From Elusimicrobiota bacterium (GTDB taxonomy: Bacteria; Elusimicrobiota; Elusimicrobia; UBA1565), in the NCBI GenBank assembly GCA_043827405.1, contig JBDRPD010000062.1, forward strand, positions 1 to 64,000: DNA of 64,000 nucleotides. The letters are read 5' to 3'. A program made the translations under genes and the position numbers. Of this stretch, positions 1 through 15,000 are shown piece after piece (position 1 is the stretch's first letter; each line of letters opens with the position of its first letter). Under the pieces are notes generated by a model. It was given only the letters and a program-made list of their open reading frames with translations, did no database searches and had not been told where the DNA came from.

Positions 1-3000
1 GACTTCCATATGGGGACCGGCAAGGTCTGGGCCTCGGTGAACAAGTACGACGAGATCCGGCGCTACGACAATCCGTTCAGCACCTTTGCGGAGACCGCCT
101 CGCATGAGCAGGCCCGCGGCGCGTTCTATCCGCATGGCGTCGGCTTCGACACCGGCGACAACCTGTGGGTGGCGGTGTCGACCGAGCCTGCGGCCGCGCA
201 GGGATACACCACCCGGCTGGTGCGCTTCGCCACCGCCGGCGGGGGCAACGTCACGGCTTCGACCGACGTCACGCTGACGGCCAACCTGCATGACTCCAAT
301 TTCTTCACCTTCCAGCCGAACAGCGGCCATATGTGGGTCGCCAATGATCACAACAATCCCGGCGGGGAAGCGGCTATTCTCAAGTTCACCAATACCGGCA
401 CCTACGGCGCGCCGGTCTTTAACGACGGCAATGTCACCGTGCATGCGACGCTGGCGCAGATCAATGCCCCGCGCGGCATCGCCTTCGACACCGGCGGCAA
501 CCTGTGGGTGACGTCCGCCGAAGACAAGAAGATCGTCCGCTACAATAACAATGCCGGCAATATCGAGGTAACGATATCCACCTCGTTGGTCGCCGTCTCG
601 AGCCCGCTGGCCATCGCCTTCGACAATACCGTCGGCGACATGTACGTTTCGCCCCTGCCGGAGGAGACCCCCGGTGAGGCGGCGCTCTATCTGTTCAAGA
701 ATATCGGCAGCTATGCGACGCCGTTCTTCTCCACCGCGCCGTTCCTGCTGCAGAGCGGCATCGCTATTTCTCAGATGAGGTTTAAGGGCGAGGAGCTGTG
801 GGGTTCCACTCCGTTCTCGTCGCCGTCCGAGATCGTGCGGCTGTCGACCGGCGCGCCGTCCATGGGGCCGGCCGGCTTCGGCACGATCATCGGCACCGTG
901 ACCTATGCCGGTGCCCTGAGCGGGTACTTCAAGCTGGCGGTCAGCACCGACATCCGCATGGACGACGTACAGATCATCCCCATCAGCTCCGGCTCGACCG
1001 GCTTCATTATCCCCGGCGTCCCGGCGCCGAGCACCTACTACATGCTTGGCTTCCTGGATGAGAACGGCGATGATATGCCCAGCGGTCGTGAGCCGCTGGC
1101 GTATTATAGTACCGGCCCGTCGCCATCGCCGGCGATGACGGTCTTTGTCGACCAGGATGCTACTTTCATCAATGCGGACTTTCAGATTATGGACCTGGCG
1201 GTCGCCACCGGCACCATCACCAATGCCAGTGTTCAGACTGGCAACATGCGCGTGGAGGCTTGGATCGGACCGCCCAACGCGGCTGAACAGCGATTCATGC
1301 TCGTCTCCGAGCCTTTTGGTCCATCACCGTCGGACTATACGCTGTACTTTGCGACGGGGGCGGATCTCTCTATCCGGGCTTACGTGGACGCCAACAGCAA
1401 CTACCAGCACGATGCGGGCGAAGATACCGACATCTTCGGCCCGTTCGCCATTCTGACGCCGGGCACCACGATCGGCGCCGACATCACCATCGCCGCCAGC
1501 GCCGGCGGGCAGGCCTTGGCGCAGGCCTTCAATATCGCCCCGCCCAATGTCAGCGGCAACCAGTACGACGTTCCCTTCCTGCGCCTGCTGCTGTGGACCG
1601 ACAGCGGGGTGGCGCAGCTAAATACCTTCCGCATCGGCCTCAAGGGCAGCGCGCCTTCGGGCAATGTCTATGCCAAGGTGTACCGCGATACCAACCAGGA
1701 CGGCTTCCTGCAGCCCGGACCCGACCCGCAGCTGGGCAGCTATTGGTTCAGCAGCGGCTTCCCGCCCAGCGCCGAAGTGAATATCGGGACCGAGACCATC
1801 AACACCACGACGTCGCATTTCCTGATCGCCTTCGACCTGACCAATGTGCCGGCGGGCAACAGCATCGGTGCGTCGATCGAGTTCCCCGAGGACTTCGTCT
1901 TCGGCAACGGCGCCATGGCGGTGCAGAGCGGGCTGTACCCGATCGAGTCGAGCACCGCGACGGTCAAAACCAACGTCGCCGCCAACCCCGCCAACGGCGG
2001 CTTCGGCATGCCGACGGCGAGCCCGATCGGCGGCGGCTACAATACCGGCTTGAACGTGCAGACCGGCCAGAATGTGAGCATCGCCGCTTCGGGAAACTGG
2101 GACACGGGCGTCTACGGATCCACCTGGGCGGCCGGAATCGCCGGCCAGTACAACGGCTCGGCGCCGCTGCCGGGCCAGGTGCTCGGCGCGCTGATCGGCC
2201 GCATCGGCTTTAACAACTGGTTCCTGGTGAGCACCGGCACCGCCTTCACCTCGAACTACTCGGGCGACCTGTACCTGGCGATGAACGACGACAACTACGG
2301 CGACAACTACGGCGCGGTTTCCGTCGAGTTCGGCATCCAGACCTCGACCGCGGTCAGGGTGTGGACCGGCAACTTCAATAACGACGCGAACATCCCCGCC
2401 AACTGGGCGGGCGACCAGACGCCCCTTCCGGGCGAGGCCATCCGCTTTGACGGCAACAACAGCGTCAACTGGAATATCTTCGGCGCCAATGTCGGCCTGC
2501 TGGAGATGGCCACAAGCTATACCGGGACCATTTACCTGCAAGGTACGCAGCTGCATGTTTCCGGCGACATGCGGATGGAAGGCGGCCGCTTCGACATGAC
2601 CTCGAACTCGACGCTCGAAGTCGAGAAACGGCTGTTCGTGAGCTCGAACGCGGTCTTCGACATGGGCTCCTACAATAACTCCCTGCGCTTGAGCACCCAG
2701 GGCGTCAGCGTTTCCGATAACGGCATATTCTACGCCGGCGCGAACGGCGGCAACCTGCGCATCGAGCGGTTGGGCTCACAGAACTATGAGTTCGGAGTCG
2801 GCGCCGGCACCATCACGATTACCCGGTTCGGCGGTTCGGGATGGACCTATTTTGACGGCATCAAGCAGCTTGATCTGAGCGCGCAAGCGGTGGTCAACGC
2901 TTTCGACCATGCCGCTTTCGGCAGCCCGCAGCCTAATCCGTTCCCGGTGCTCAAGCTGCAGTCCGGCACTCCTGTTTCCACGACCTTCTACAACCTCGCT

Positions 3001-6000
3001 TTCGGCGTGAATATTTCCACGAACGTCGATGCTTCGGGCGCGGCCGCCGGCTCGAATTTCCTGTTCGTCGACTCTACCGGCAGCAAGTTCGGCACGCCCT
3101 TCGAGTACGACCCCTATGGCGTGGTGTTCTGGTCGCCGGATGGCGGCGGTACGGCGATCGCTTCCGGCACCCTAGTCTACACCGGCAATCAGCCCGGGAA
3201 CTTCGAGGTTCTGGCCACCACCAGCCCCACCAATGAACCCGGCGCGCTGTATTACGACTACTCAACGGCCGTCTATACGTACCAGTTTGCATCGCTGCCG
3301 GCGCCCAATACCTGGTACTTCTTCGCCATCAAGGACAGCGACGGCGATCCGGGACCGACGGGCTTCGACGCCCGCGGCGGCTATCTCAGCTCGGGCTCGC
3401 TGCGTTCAGAACCTGTCTATCTGAACAACGGCGACAATATCGGCGGTATCAATATCCAGTTGGAGGATTGGGGCGCGATCGAAGGCACCATCACCAATAA
3501 TTCGGACCAGGTCGGACAGATTATTGTCGCGGCGTATCCGGACAGCAATCCGAATATTTTCGAGCGGTGGGAGCCGATGCCGGGCGAGGGCCTCTATACT
3601 CTGCATACCCGCGCCACCGACTACTCCTACGTTATCGCCTTTATCGATGTGAACGGCAACGAGGAGTACGACACCTTCGAGGCCAGCGGCTCGGTCGCCA
3701 ATGTTACCGTGCCGCAGCTCTCCAGCGTTACCGCGGTCCATATGACCATCGCGGGCGGCGGCGCGCAGGCCGGCGGCACCGGCTGGGTAACGGCGACGTC
3801 GGCGCATCCGGGCTATATCGCCACCAGCGGCGAAACCGGGCTGCTCAAGCTCGAGATTTGGGCGCAGGGCGGCGACCTGAACATCACCGCCTTCAAGTTC
3901 AGCATCACCGGGTCCACGCCGCCGTCCAGCTATAACCTGCGGGCCTATCATGATGTGAACTACAACGGCATATTCGATCCGATGTACGACAACCAGATGT
4001 CCTGGCTGGACCTGCCGGGCGGGGTATCTTCCGGGACTTTGGTCTTCGCCGGACCGAAGTATGTCGCCACGGACAGCACCGAAACCTTCTTCCTGGCCAT
4101 GGACCTAAACGGCCAATCGGGCATCGACAGCCTGGGCCTCGCCATGGGCGCGAGCACCTATATCGGCATCAGCCAGGGCAGCATGGCCGATCAGCCGGGG
4201 ACCTATCCTATCGTCTCCGGCAACGCCTCCGTTTCATTCGCCGTCCCGGCCTATCAATGGCTGAATATGCCGAGCCAAGGCGGCACCGGCACCGGCTTCT
4301 ACGTCGCGTCGGGACAGACGCTGAACATCACCGCCAACGGCCAGTGGAACATCAACTATTCGGAGACCACCGGCCCCGACGGCAAGCCCGGAACCCAGGG
4401 CTACGGCACCATATTGCCGGACGCCCAGTGGGGCCAGCTGCTGGCCCGCATCGGCGAGACGGCGGGGGGATCCTGGTTCAAGGTCGGGTCAAGCACGCAG
4501 ATCACGGCCCAGTCCTCCGGCGAACTCCACTTCGGCATCAACGATTTTGACGGCGACTTCTTCAACAATTCGGGCGAGCTGTATGTCGCCTACTCGGTGT
4601 CGGGTTCGACCCAGGGCGCCATCGAGGGTACGGTGACCTATGTCGGCGGCAACCCCACCGGCAATCTGCGCGTACGGGCGTACAAGTGCGACGCCGGCAA
4701 TGATGAGGATAATTCGTCGTGCGTAGCGCAGAGCACATACACCGTGGCGGTGGCGGCGGGGCAGACCCAGTATCCGTACAGCCTGAGCGGCTTGGCGCCC
4801 GGCGAGTACTACGTTGACGGCGACTGGTCGGTCGATCCGGGCCATTACGGCAATACCTATGCCCGTTTCGATGTCCCGGCGGGGTCCACCAAGACAGGCG
4901 TCAACTTCGAGCTGTCCTTGGGCGTCGGCTCGATCGCCGGCAATATTATTTACACCGGAGTGCAGAACTTCGGCAGCTTCTTCGTCGGCGCCTCGACGGT
5001 GACCGACTTCGAGAGCGATGTCGCCTTTATCGGCGAGACGACGCTGGCGGGCCCCGGAGCGTTCACCATCAGCGGCCTGCTGTCGCCCAACACCTATTAC
5101 CTGATCGCGTTCCGCGACGGCAACAACGATGATGAGCCCAACGGCCCCGAGCCCTTCGGCGTATTCGGCAACTCGGACGGCCCGATGCGGCAACTGGACA
5201 CTCTGTTTACCCCGATCTTTGTCGATACCGCCGCCGCGGTGACCGGCAAGGATATCACCGTCCTCGACCGGGCGGGGATATCGGGCAATGTCTATTTGTC
5301 GACGACGGTCTATGACAAGATCATGATCACGGTTGCGGGACATGGTCCGGTCGGCTCGCCCGGCTATGTGGCGGAAGCCGGCAATCGGCAGTACATCAAC
5401 AATGCGTCGTCGGGCAGCAGCCGCTGGTACGAAGTCGGTTTGCTGCGGCCGGCCACCGACTACTCGATATTCGCCTTCCTCGACGCCAACGACAACGGCC
5501 AGTATGACGGCGGCGAGCCCTTCGGCCAGAACAACGGGCCGTTCCCCCTGTACGCGGGCGACAACGCCTACGCCGACGTCACGGTAGCCGGCGCCCAGCC
5601 GCCGCCGCAGGTGCTCAACTTCACCGGCACGGCGCTCTCCTCGACCGCGGTGCGCTGGACGTGGAGCGCCGCCCCGGCCGCCATCAGCTACCAGCTGGTC
5701 AGCGCCGTCAGCGGCGTCCTCCAGACGGTGGCGGCGCCGGCCACCTCCTACATTGACGTCCTGACGCCTAACACCACCTCGCAGATCCGCGGCATCCGGG
5801 CCGTCAACGGTGAGGGCGCGGGACCGGAGTTCCAGATGTCCGGTCCAGCCATCGCCTCCTTCGCCTCGCAGCCGTCGATCACCGGCTTCCCGCTGATCGG
5901 GCAGAGCAGCGTGACTGTGACCTGGTCGGCCAACAGCAACTCGGCGCCGACCGTCTACGAGGTGTCGCGCGCGACCGACAGCGGCGGGCCGTTCTATACG

Positions 6001-9000
6001 ATTTCGACGCATACGGCGCTGTCGGCTCTGCACTACGGCCTGGCACCCAACCGGCAGTACTGGTACCGGGTAACGGCCCAAAACCAGGCCTTCCTCTACG
6101 GCGCGCCGTCGGCCACCTCGCCGGTGACGACCTTGGCGGCCTCCGGCGGCTCGATCTCGGGCACTATTTCCTATGCCGGCGGCCAGAAAGGCCAGATGAA
6201 GCTAACGGTACATATCGCTTCGAACCCCTGGAGCGCGGCGGTGGCCACGGCCACGCTGCCCAACGCGCCGCAGCAGGCTTACTTCATCCCGGATGTCTCG
6301 GCCGCCACCTACTTCCTGCAGGCCTGGGTCGACGTCAACGGCAACGGCATATTCAATACCGGCGAGGATAAGGGGACGTTCGGCGGCGCGGGAATTCCCG
6401 TCGCCGGCGTCGAGAACGCGGGCAACAACATCACGCTCAGCGTCGACACCGTCGCGCCCGGCCTGCCCTACGGACTGACGACGACTTTGTCCGCGGGCAA
6501 GGTCGACCTGACCTGGCAGGCGCCGACCAGCAACGCCAACGGCAGCACGCTCCTCGACCTCGCCGGCTACCGCGTGCAGCGGACGACCGCCACGGCGGCC
6601 GGCTACACCACGCTGTCGACCAATACGGTGTTCGGCGCCACCAATGTGGTCAGCGGCCTGAGCTTCCGCGACAACTCCCCGATCGCCGGCGTCGACAACT
6701 ACTACCGGGTGCGCGCGGTGGACTACGGCGGCAACCAGAGCCAGCCCTCGGGCGCGGTTTCGGCGCGGCCGTCGGCCGGCGGCACCATCTCGGGTTGGGT
6801 CAGCACCTTCACCGCGACGACCGGCGGCCTGCGGGTGCGGCTGTCCACCTCGCCGCAGCGCGGGACGTATCAGGCGCAGAGCACGATTAGTCCCTTCTCG
6901 TTCGCCGGGCTGCAGGACGGGACCTATTTCCTGCGCGGCTTCATCGACGCCGACAACAGCGGCAACCAGGACGCGGCCTCCGAGCCCTCGGGCACCTTCG
7001 GCGGCATCGCCGAGCCGTTCCCGATCAGCATCATCAACGGCAACGTCGTCTCGAGCCAGACGGTCACGATCTGCGACCGCACGGCGATCACGCCCGGGCC
7101 GCGGGTATCGGGCGGTCTGGTCAACTCCGACTGCCCGGCGCGCGACGCCGGCCCCGGCCGCTACGCCGACCTCTATACCTTCCGCGTCGGCGGCGGCGCT
7201 TCCGGCTCGATCGCCCCCGGCTCCAACATCCACATCTCGATGTTCGGATCGTTCGAGACCCAGCTGTTCCTGCTTGGTCCGGAAGGCTACGTGCTGCGCC
7301 AGAACAGCGATCCCTACGGCGCCTACCTCGATCTCAGCGTCAACCAGGAAGGCCTCTACATTATCGAGGCGGCGAGCTTCCAGCGCGACGTCATCGGCGG
7401 CGCCACTCAGTACTACGACCTCGATTTCTTCGTGTCCGGCGGCTACCAGGGCCAGGTAATCGGCAACACCGCGTACTCCGGCTCCAAGAGCGGCCAGGTC
7501 CACCTGCAGCTCTACGACAACCCGTCGGAGACCAATACCTATCCGTTCTTCGTCCACTTCGTGCCCGCGGTCGGGGCCTTCACCATCCCCAACGTGCCGG
7601 ACGGCACCTACTACCTGCGCGCCTTCATGGACGTCAACGGCAACTATGTGCGCGACGGCTCCGAGCCCAAGGGTGTCTACGGACTGAGCTCCTCCTCGCC
7701 GACCGCCATCAACATCTACGGCGGCGTCGCCGCGCAGGGCAGCCTCGACGTCACCTTGGCCGACGTCGCGGTCGGCGCCGTCCAAGGCACGGTGGTGCGC
7801 AGCGGCTCGAAGTCCGGCACCATCCGGGTCGACATCGGCCGGCCGCGCTGCAGCGACTGCGGCGACCTGGAAGTGGTGGCCTTCTCCTCGATCTCGGCCG
7901 GCGCTTTCGCCGGCGGGACCAGCACCTACTTCCTGCAGTTCATCGCTCCGGCCACGGACTATACTTTGCTGGCCTACGTCGACAGCAACGACAACCGCTA
8001 CCCCGACGCGCTCGAGGCCATCGGCTCCTCGAAGCCGGTGACCGTAATCGCCAACTCGACGGCGTCGATCAGCATCTATGTCCAGGACCCGGGCTTCGGC
8101 TCGGCCGGCAACTCGACTATCCAGGGCACCGTCAGCTACAGCGGCAGCGCCTCGACGAGCCCGGTATTTATCGGCTTCGCCACTGATCCCGAGTTCCGCA
8201 GCTTCCCGTACATCACCCAGCTGGCTTCGATCTCGGCCAACGGCACGCAGTACATCAAGAGCGGCATCGTCGGCAATACCTCCTACTATATCGGCTCCTT
8301 CATCGATATCAACAATAACGGCGAGCCGGATTTCGAAGGCGACTACATCGAGCCCAGCTACGGCAGCGAGGACTCGCCGATCTTCGTGCCGCTGTCGAGC
8401 ACCGTGGTGCGCAACTACACGCTCGAAGACCCGCCGAGCGGCCGGATTCAGGGCACCGTGACCTACGACTCGGCCACGGCCGTGACCACCTTAATCGTTG
8501 AGACCAATAGCCCCAGCTCGCAGAGCGAGGGCTCCTGGCGCAAGATCCTGATCTCCAAGACCGCCGGCACGACGACCTACGCCTACACCTTGAACAACCT
8601 GAGGGCGGCGAGCGACTTCCAGGTGCGCGCTTTCGTCGACTTCAACAATAACGGCATGGGCGACTTCGGCGAGCCCTTCTTCGAGCGCGCCACGCCGGTT
8701 ACGGTTTCCGGCAGCAGCGTTACGCCGACGACCGGCATTGACCTATTCCTGCGCGATATTCAGGAAGGCGGCGGCGGCGCCAATATCGGCTCGATCCAGG
8801 GCTGGGTGGACTATACCGGGGGCCAGTTCGGCCAGGTCCGGGTGCAGGTCTATACCACCAGCACCTATGTGGGCGCGCCGCGCTTCGACATGATCCCCAG
8901 CGGCGGCGCCTCGCCCTACTACTTCGACTTCCAGGGGGTGTCCAACGGCACCTACTACCTGCGGGCCTTCATCGATTCCAACTACGACGGCATACTTGAC

Positions 9001-12000
9001 CCGGCCTACGAGGCCAACGGCAAGATCAATGGCGGCGGCGCCATCACCGTCTCGGCCGACGCGCCGCTGCAGTCGGGCTTCAGCGGCACCATGACCGATG
9101 TCGGAACCGCGACCGGCGGCGCGAATTCCATCTCCGGCTCCGTCGTCTATAAGAGCTCGACGACGCCGGCCAAAGAGTCATCGGGTACGGTCCGCGTGAC
9201 CATGTTTCAGCTCAACCAGGACGGCACGCAGAGCCCGGTGCGCATCAGCACCTACGCCTTCCCATCGCCGGCCGGCAATCCGACCGCGTTCTCTTTCACC
9301 GTCGATCCGGGCAACTACTTCCCGCGCGCCTTCATCGACAAGAACGGCAACTATCTGCCGGACGTCGACGAGCCCATCGGCTCGGCGCGCACCGACGGCT
9401 TCTACATTCCCGGCGAATTCGCCCCGGCCGACTTCGATATCTGCGACCGTGGGCCGATCGACACCGCGCCCGGCGTGGTGACGATCTCTACTTTGACGGT
9501 CGCGGACTGCCGCTCCTCGGAGCGCGAGGACCGTCCGTACCAAAAGCTCTTCTCCTTCAGCGGCCAGCGCGGCCAGGTCATGACCATCGACATGCGCGCG
9601 ACCGGCTTCTACGACTGCTACCTGACGCTTTTCGGGCCGCAGGGCCGCCGCATCGACTCCGACGACGAGGCCGGCGGCAGCGGCAACGCGCGCATCATGA
9701 ACGTGGCTTTGCCGACCGACGGCGTCTACACGCTGGCGGCCCAGGCCTTCGCCGGCGGCGTGACCGGCGCCTTCGAGCTCTCCTTCCAGAGTTCGGCGGG
9801 CGAACTGGGCTCGATCGCGGGCGAGGTGACCTACTCGGGCAGCCAGGGCGGCCGCGTCGTCATCGGCCTGTTCAACAACCAGAGCTTCGACGCCCCCAAC
9901 GCCTACGTCGACGGCCGCGATCTCGACGGGGCCGGGCCGTTCGCCTTCGATAATCTGGCTTCCGGCGCGAGCTACTATATCGGCGGCTTCATCGATGCCA
10001 ATTTGAACCACAATATCGATGCGGGAGAGGACTCCGCCGTCTTCGGCGCGGACGGCATAGCGACACCCATCTACCTGCGCTCGGGCCAGAGCCGGACCGG
10101 CATCAGCTTCGACATCCAGGGCACCACCGAGACGGTCGGCCTGGCCGGCATCACCGGCATCATCAACTACAACGGTACTCTGCAGGGGACTTTGCGCATT
10201 GAGTTCTGGGGCGACGCGACCTTCAGCGGCCGTCCGGTGGCGGTGCGCGCCATCGCGACCGGCGCCGGCCCTTACGACGTCAGCCTGCCCGGCGGTCAGC
10301 CTTATTTCATCCGCGGCTTCCTCGACGCCGACGGTGACTTCATGCCGGACCCGGACGAGCCCAAGGGCGAGTACGGCACCGGCTTTGCCGAGCCGGTCTA
10401 CGTTCCGGAGAGCGGCACGGTGCAGGACATCGATTTCGAGCTCTTCGAGCCCGGCCAGCGGGAGGGCCAGAGCGGCATCGCCGGCGAGGGCACGGCGACG
10501 CTCTCGATCAGTTCGGTTTCACCCGGCAATTTCATATCGAGTATAACGGCGCATGTAGTGATCGGCCCCGCAGGCATCAACACCGGAGGAGTGGTGGCAG
10601 TTGGCGTGCCGCCGGGCTTCCCCTTTCCGTCGATCTCGTCGGACACCTGGAACCCGCCGGGATTCATTAACGTGCCGGTGATCGATAATAATCCATTGGG
10701 CGCTGCGGTGGCTTTGGCCGTTGAGCAGCCGCCGGGAGCGCCCGGTTTGGTCGCGCGAGTTATCTCCGGCACGCTTAATGCGGGCGCGACCGTGCAGTTC
10801 CAAATGCACGAAGTGAATGTGCCCTGCTGGCTGCCCGACGGCAGGCTCGAGTTCTTCTTCGCCACCGGCTCGGAGGGGTCGACGCCGCCGGTGCCGCTGT
10901 TCGGCGGCGTGCCGGCGCTGACCAAGGGCACGCCGGCGGCGTCCATGTTCCAGTTCAAGGACACCTACTTCACCTTGACCGCCAACACCACCGGCCAGGC
11001 GACCCTGCAGGCGAGCGGCAACTGCGGCGGCGGCGGGACCGCCGGCGGCGCACTGGCTTCGGTGCAGACGAGCACCGACGTCTTCCTGCAGGCCAAGAGC
11101 TACGATTACACGACCGGCAACTTTTCCAACGACAGCACCCTCCAGTTCTCGCTGATCTCGACCGGCAGCTTCAGCAGCTCGCTGGCGGTGCCCTTCGCCG
11201 TCGGCATGACCTCGCGCACCGTCTACGTCAAGGCCACATCGGCCGGCGAGAAGAATATCGAGATGCTCTCCTACCTGTCAGGGATGTACGGCAGCTACAT
11301 GTACGCGCCGGTGACGGTGCACGCCGGCAACATCCTGTCGGAGGTGCTGGTTGCGACGACGCCGTTCTCGGTCGGCAAGACCTCGGTCACGATCACGCCC
11401 AACGGCGATCGCATCGCGGACCAGGCCTTCATCAACTTTCGCCTCACCGAGCAGATCGGCTGGCAGGTCATGATCTCGTCGATCCCCTACAAGACCGGCG
11501 TGGACCCGAACCCGATCTTCCAGACCTGGGGCTGGGGCCAGCCGACGCCCGGGCAGATCCTGTGGGACGGCCGCTACAGCCCCTGGATCAACAACGGCAA
11601 CCGCGTGCCCTCGGGCTCCTATTATGTGCGCGTGGATCTGGGCGGGGTGCGCGACGACTCGCTGCGCATCGACGTGCAGAGTACCCAGCTCGCGGGCAAG
11701 ATCGTCGACGTCGGCGTGGCGCCCAATGTCCCGCTGGCCGGCGTACGGATCAATATCTACGGCCCTTACGGCGGCGGCTACCAGGAGACGGATTCACTGG
11801 GCGGCTATGTGTTCCCGGGTCTGGCGGCCGGCGACTACAAGATGAACTTCGAGAAGTTCGGCTACCTGATCGGGAATGCGACCATCACGCTGAACTCCTC
11901 GTCGGTGGTGCAGGCCGGCTTCAAGTCGCAGTTCGGCAATATCACGCTGTCGACGACCAGCGCCGGCAAGCTCAACGTCGGCATGAAGCGCGCGCCGGCG

Positions 12001-15000
12001 CTGTTGGTGGTGCCCACGATATCCTCGACCCAGAGCTTCGAGAGCTGGGGCGGCCTGCAGGTCCATAACGCCAGCTTCACCCGCGTCTTCCACGGCCCGC
12101 TGCGCCTGAAGGCCGGCACCACGACCTTCGACGACGGCGGCCAGTGGGACCCGACGGTGCAGCGCTTCATCGAGAAGACGCAGATCCGCTTCGAGCTGCA
12201 GTCCGACACCTATACCATCCGGGCCTACCTGCCCGGCTTCGAGGAGATCTCGACTACCACCTTCATGGGGACCTCGGGCCAGCGGACGGTGACGCTGGCG
12301 CCCTTTACCCAGCGCGGCGTGATCATCGCCTCGGTCACCTTGCCGTCCAATCCGGGCGGGGTCTTCATCTCGGTCAACGCGCGCTCCTCGTCGACCGCGG
12401 TCCAGCTCAACGAGGGCTTCGGCGGCGAGTACCTGGCGCCGACCGTGACCCAAGCCACCATCCCGGTGCAAGGCCTGCAGACCGGCTATTACCGGGTGAC
12501 GGCCAATGCTCCCGGCTACAACAGGGTCGAAGTCGCCTCGGTCCTGGCGACCACCGGCACCACGGTCTCGATCGACATGCCGGACTTCGCGGACCCCAAC
12601 GCCGGCAATGTCATCACCGGCTCGGTCACCGTCTACGGCAACACCACGGGCTTTAACAATATCGAGCCCGGCGTCAAGCTGCGCGTGCACGTCAATGCCT
12701 GGGCGCCCGGCTCACAAAGCTTCGGCTCCACCAACGTGGTAGTGGCCGCCGGCAACCCGAGCAGCCCGAAGACACCGTTCGTCATCACCGGCCTGGTGCC
12801 CGGGGCGACCTATCAGGTATTCGCGCAGCTCGAATACAACGGTGACGTCGAGGGCTTCGAGTCGCCCGGCGGCTTCCCCAAGCAGGTCTACATCAACCAG
12901 GCGCTGACCCGCAACGCCGAGGGGACGCTGGACTTCGGCTTCACCGCCACCGACGGCCGCATCAACGGCTCCATCGTCCTGCCGACGGGCAAGGGCGACT
13001 TCGACAATATCGCTTTCTTCGGCAAGGTCGTCGAGTCCGTGCGCCCCGAGAACGTAGGCCGCAATATCGGCCAGGACGTGCCCAGCGCTGCGGGGCTGCC
13101 CGGCTTCGCCTGCCACATCGGCGGCGTGCATTTCTCGACCAAGGCCGCCGACTGCACGGCCGGCGCCGTCAACACCGCGTCTTTCACCGTCACCGGACTC
13201 AACACCGAGACCTACGAGGTCAGCTTCTACTACGCCACCAACGGCAAGTCGGTCAAATCGCGCCTGCCGGTGGTCAACCACGCTACGACCACGGCCTCGG
13301 TCGACCTGCGCATACTCGACGTGCGCTCTTCTACCTACACGATATCGGGCTCGATCATCAACAAGATCAACAATACGAGCTTCGACACCAATCAGGAGAT
13401 TGCCCAGAATGCCCCGCATGTGCCGCTGCGCGATGTCTTCGGCAGCCTGATCAGCCTGAGCCAGGTCGGTGTGGCCGTTTCGACCGCGAGTACGGCGCGG
13501 GTCATCGCCATTCGCCAGGACTACGCCGACTACGGGGTGGCGATCTCGACCACCTTCGACCGGGTAAAGCACCGCGTCGGCTTCATGCACCTCGGCGGCT
13601 CATTTACCATCACCAATGTCGAGGCCGGCAACTACCTGGTGCGCACCGAGGACCTGCGCCGCTGCGCGACCTGCACTATCGCGGTGCCGCGGCAGTCGAT
13701 CCGCGTCGTCGTCACGACCTTCTCCCGGACCGGCCAGGACATCACCCTGTCGGACGGCTACGATGTCTCCGGCAGCATCGCTCTGGCCAACAGCATAGTC
13801 GACAAGTCCCTCTTCAGGCTGACGGTGTACAACTCGCGCCAGGAGGTGGTGCGCAGCACGGCGGTCTCGATCGGCAACGCCGCCACCGGCGCCACCGCCA
13901 ACTCGGCGAACTATACCTTCGGCAACCTGCCCTCCGGCCAGTTCTACACCTTGGTGGTCGTCGATTCGAGCGCCACGGCGAAGTACGTCGGCCGGCCGAT
14001 CAAGTTCCCCAACCCGGGGCTGTCGCCCAACGGCCTACAGGCCGCGCTCTCGGGCCAGAACGTGACCATGCAGCAGGCCGCCTACGTCACCGGCAAGCTC
14101 AAGGACGAGGCCACGGGCGAGCTGATCCGCGCCGCCAACGCGACCACCTTGCCGCCCAACTTCAAGATCAGCGCCAGGGCCAACCCGTGGATCGAGGGCG
14201 GATATGTCGTGGCCGCGGCCAGCGTCTCCAACCGGCCGATCCGCGGCGACGGGACCTTCCTGGTCGGACCGCTCTACCCTGAAACGCCCTATGATGTGCG
14301 TCTCGATCAGGATAAATGGGATATCGCCTATCTGGCGCAGGGCAGTCAGAACTACTCGCCGGTGCTGATCGGCGGCCTCAAGCTGCGCGCCGGTGAGACC
14401 AAGGACCAGGGCACCATCGGCCTCAACCAGGGCTCCTCGATCAAGGGCCGGATCGTGGACGTCGCCTCCACCAGCACGGCTTTGGGCAATATCAAGGTCA
14501 CGGCCAAGCCTTCCTTCGGGGCGCTGCAGCTTAACGTCCAGACCTATACCGATCCCAACGGTGCCTTCACGTTATGGGTCTCGACCTTCGTCTCGCCCGT
14601 ATACGACCTGGCGATCGCGCCGCGCGGCGGCAATACGGCGGCCAGCGGCAAGGTCTACAAAACGCTGGACCTGCCTAGCGTCGCGGTGACGACCAACCCG
14701 ATCAACGCCTGCGCGATCAGCACCGCGACCATCTGCCTTACCGAGCTGCTCGGCTCGGTGACGAGCCAGGTGCGGACCTCCGACGGCGGCGTGCTCTCCT
14801 ATCCGTTCGGCGAGCGCAAGGGCTTCCCGGCGGCGGCGGTGTTCATGCAGCGGCGCGGCATCCTGCCCAAGGCCAACCCGCTGGGCGATATCGCGGCGGT
14901 GACCGAAGGCGACGGCGCCTTCGAGATCCTCGGCCTCTCTACCGGCACCTATGATCTCAAGGCGGTCAGCCTCGGCTACAGCGTCTTCACCGCCACGGTT

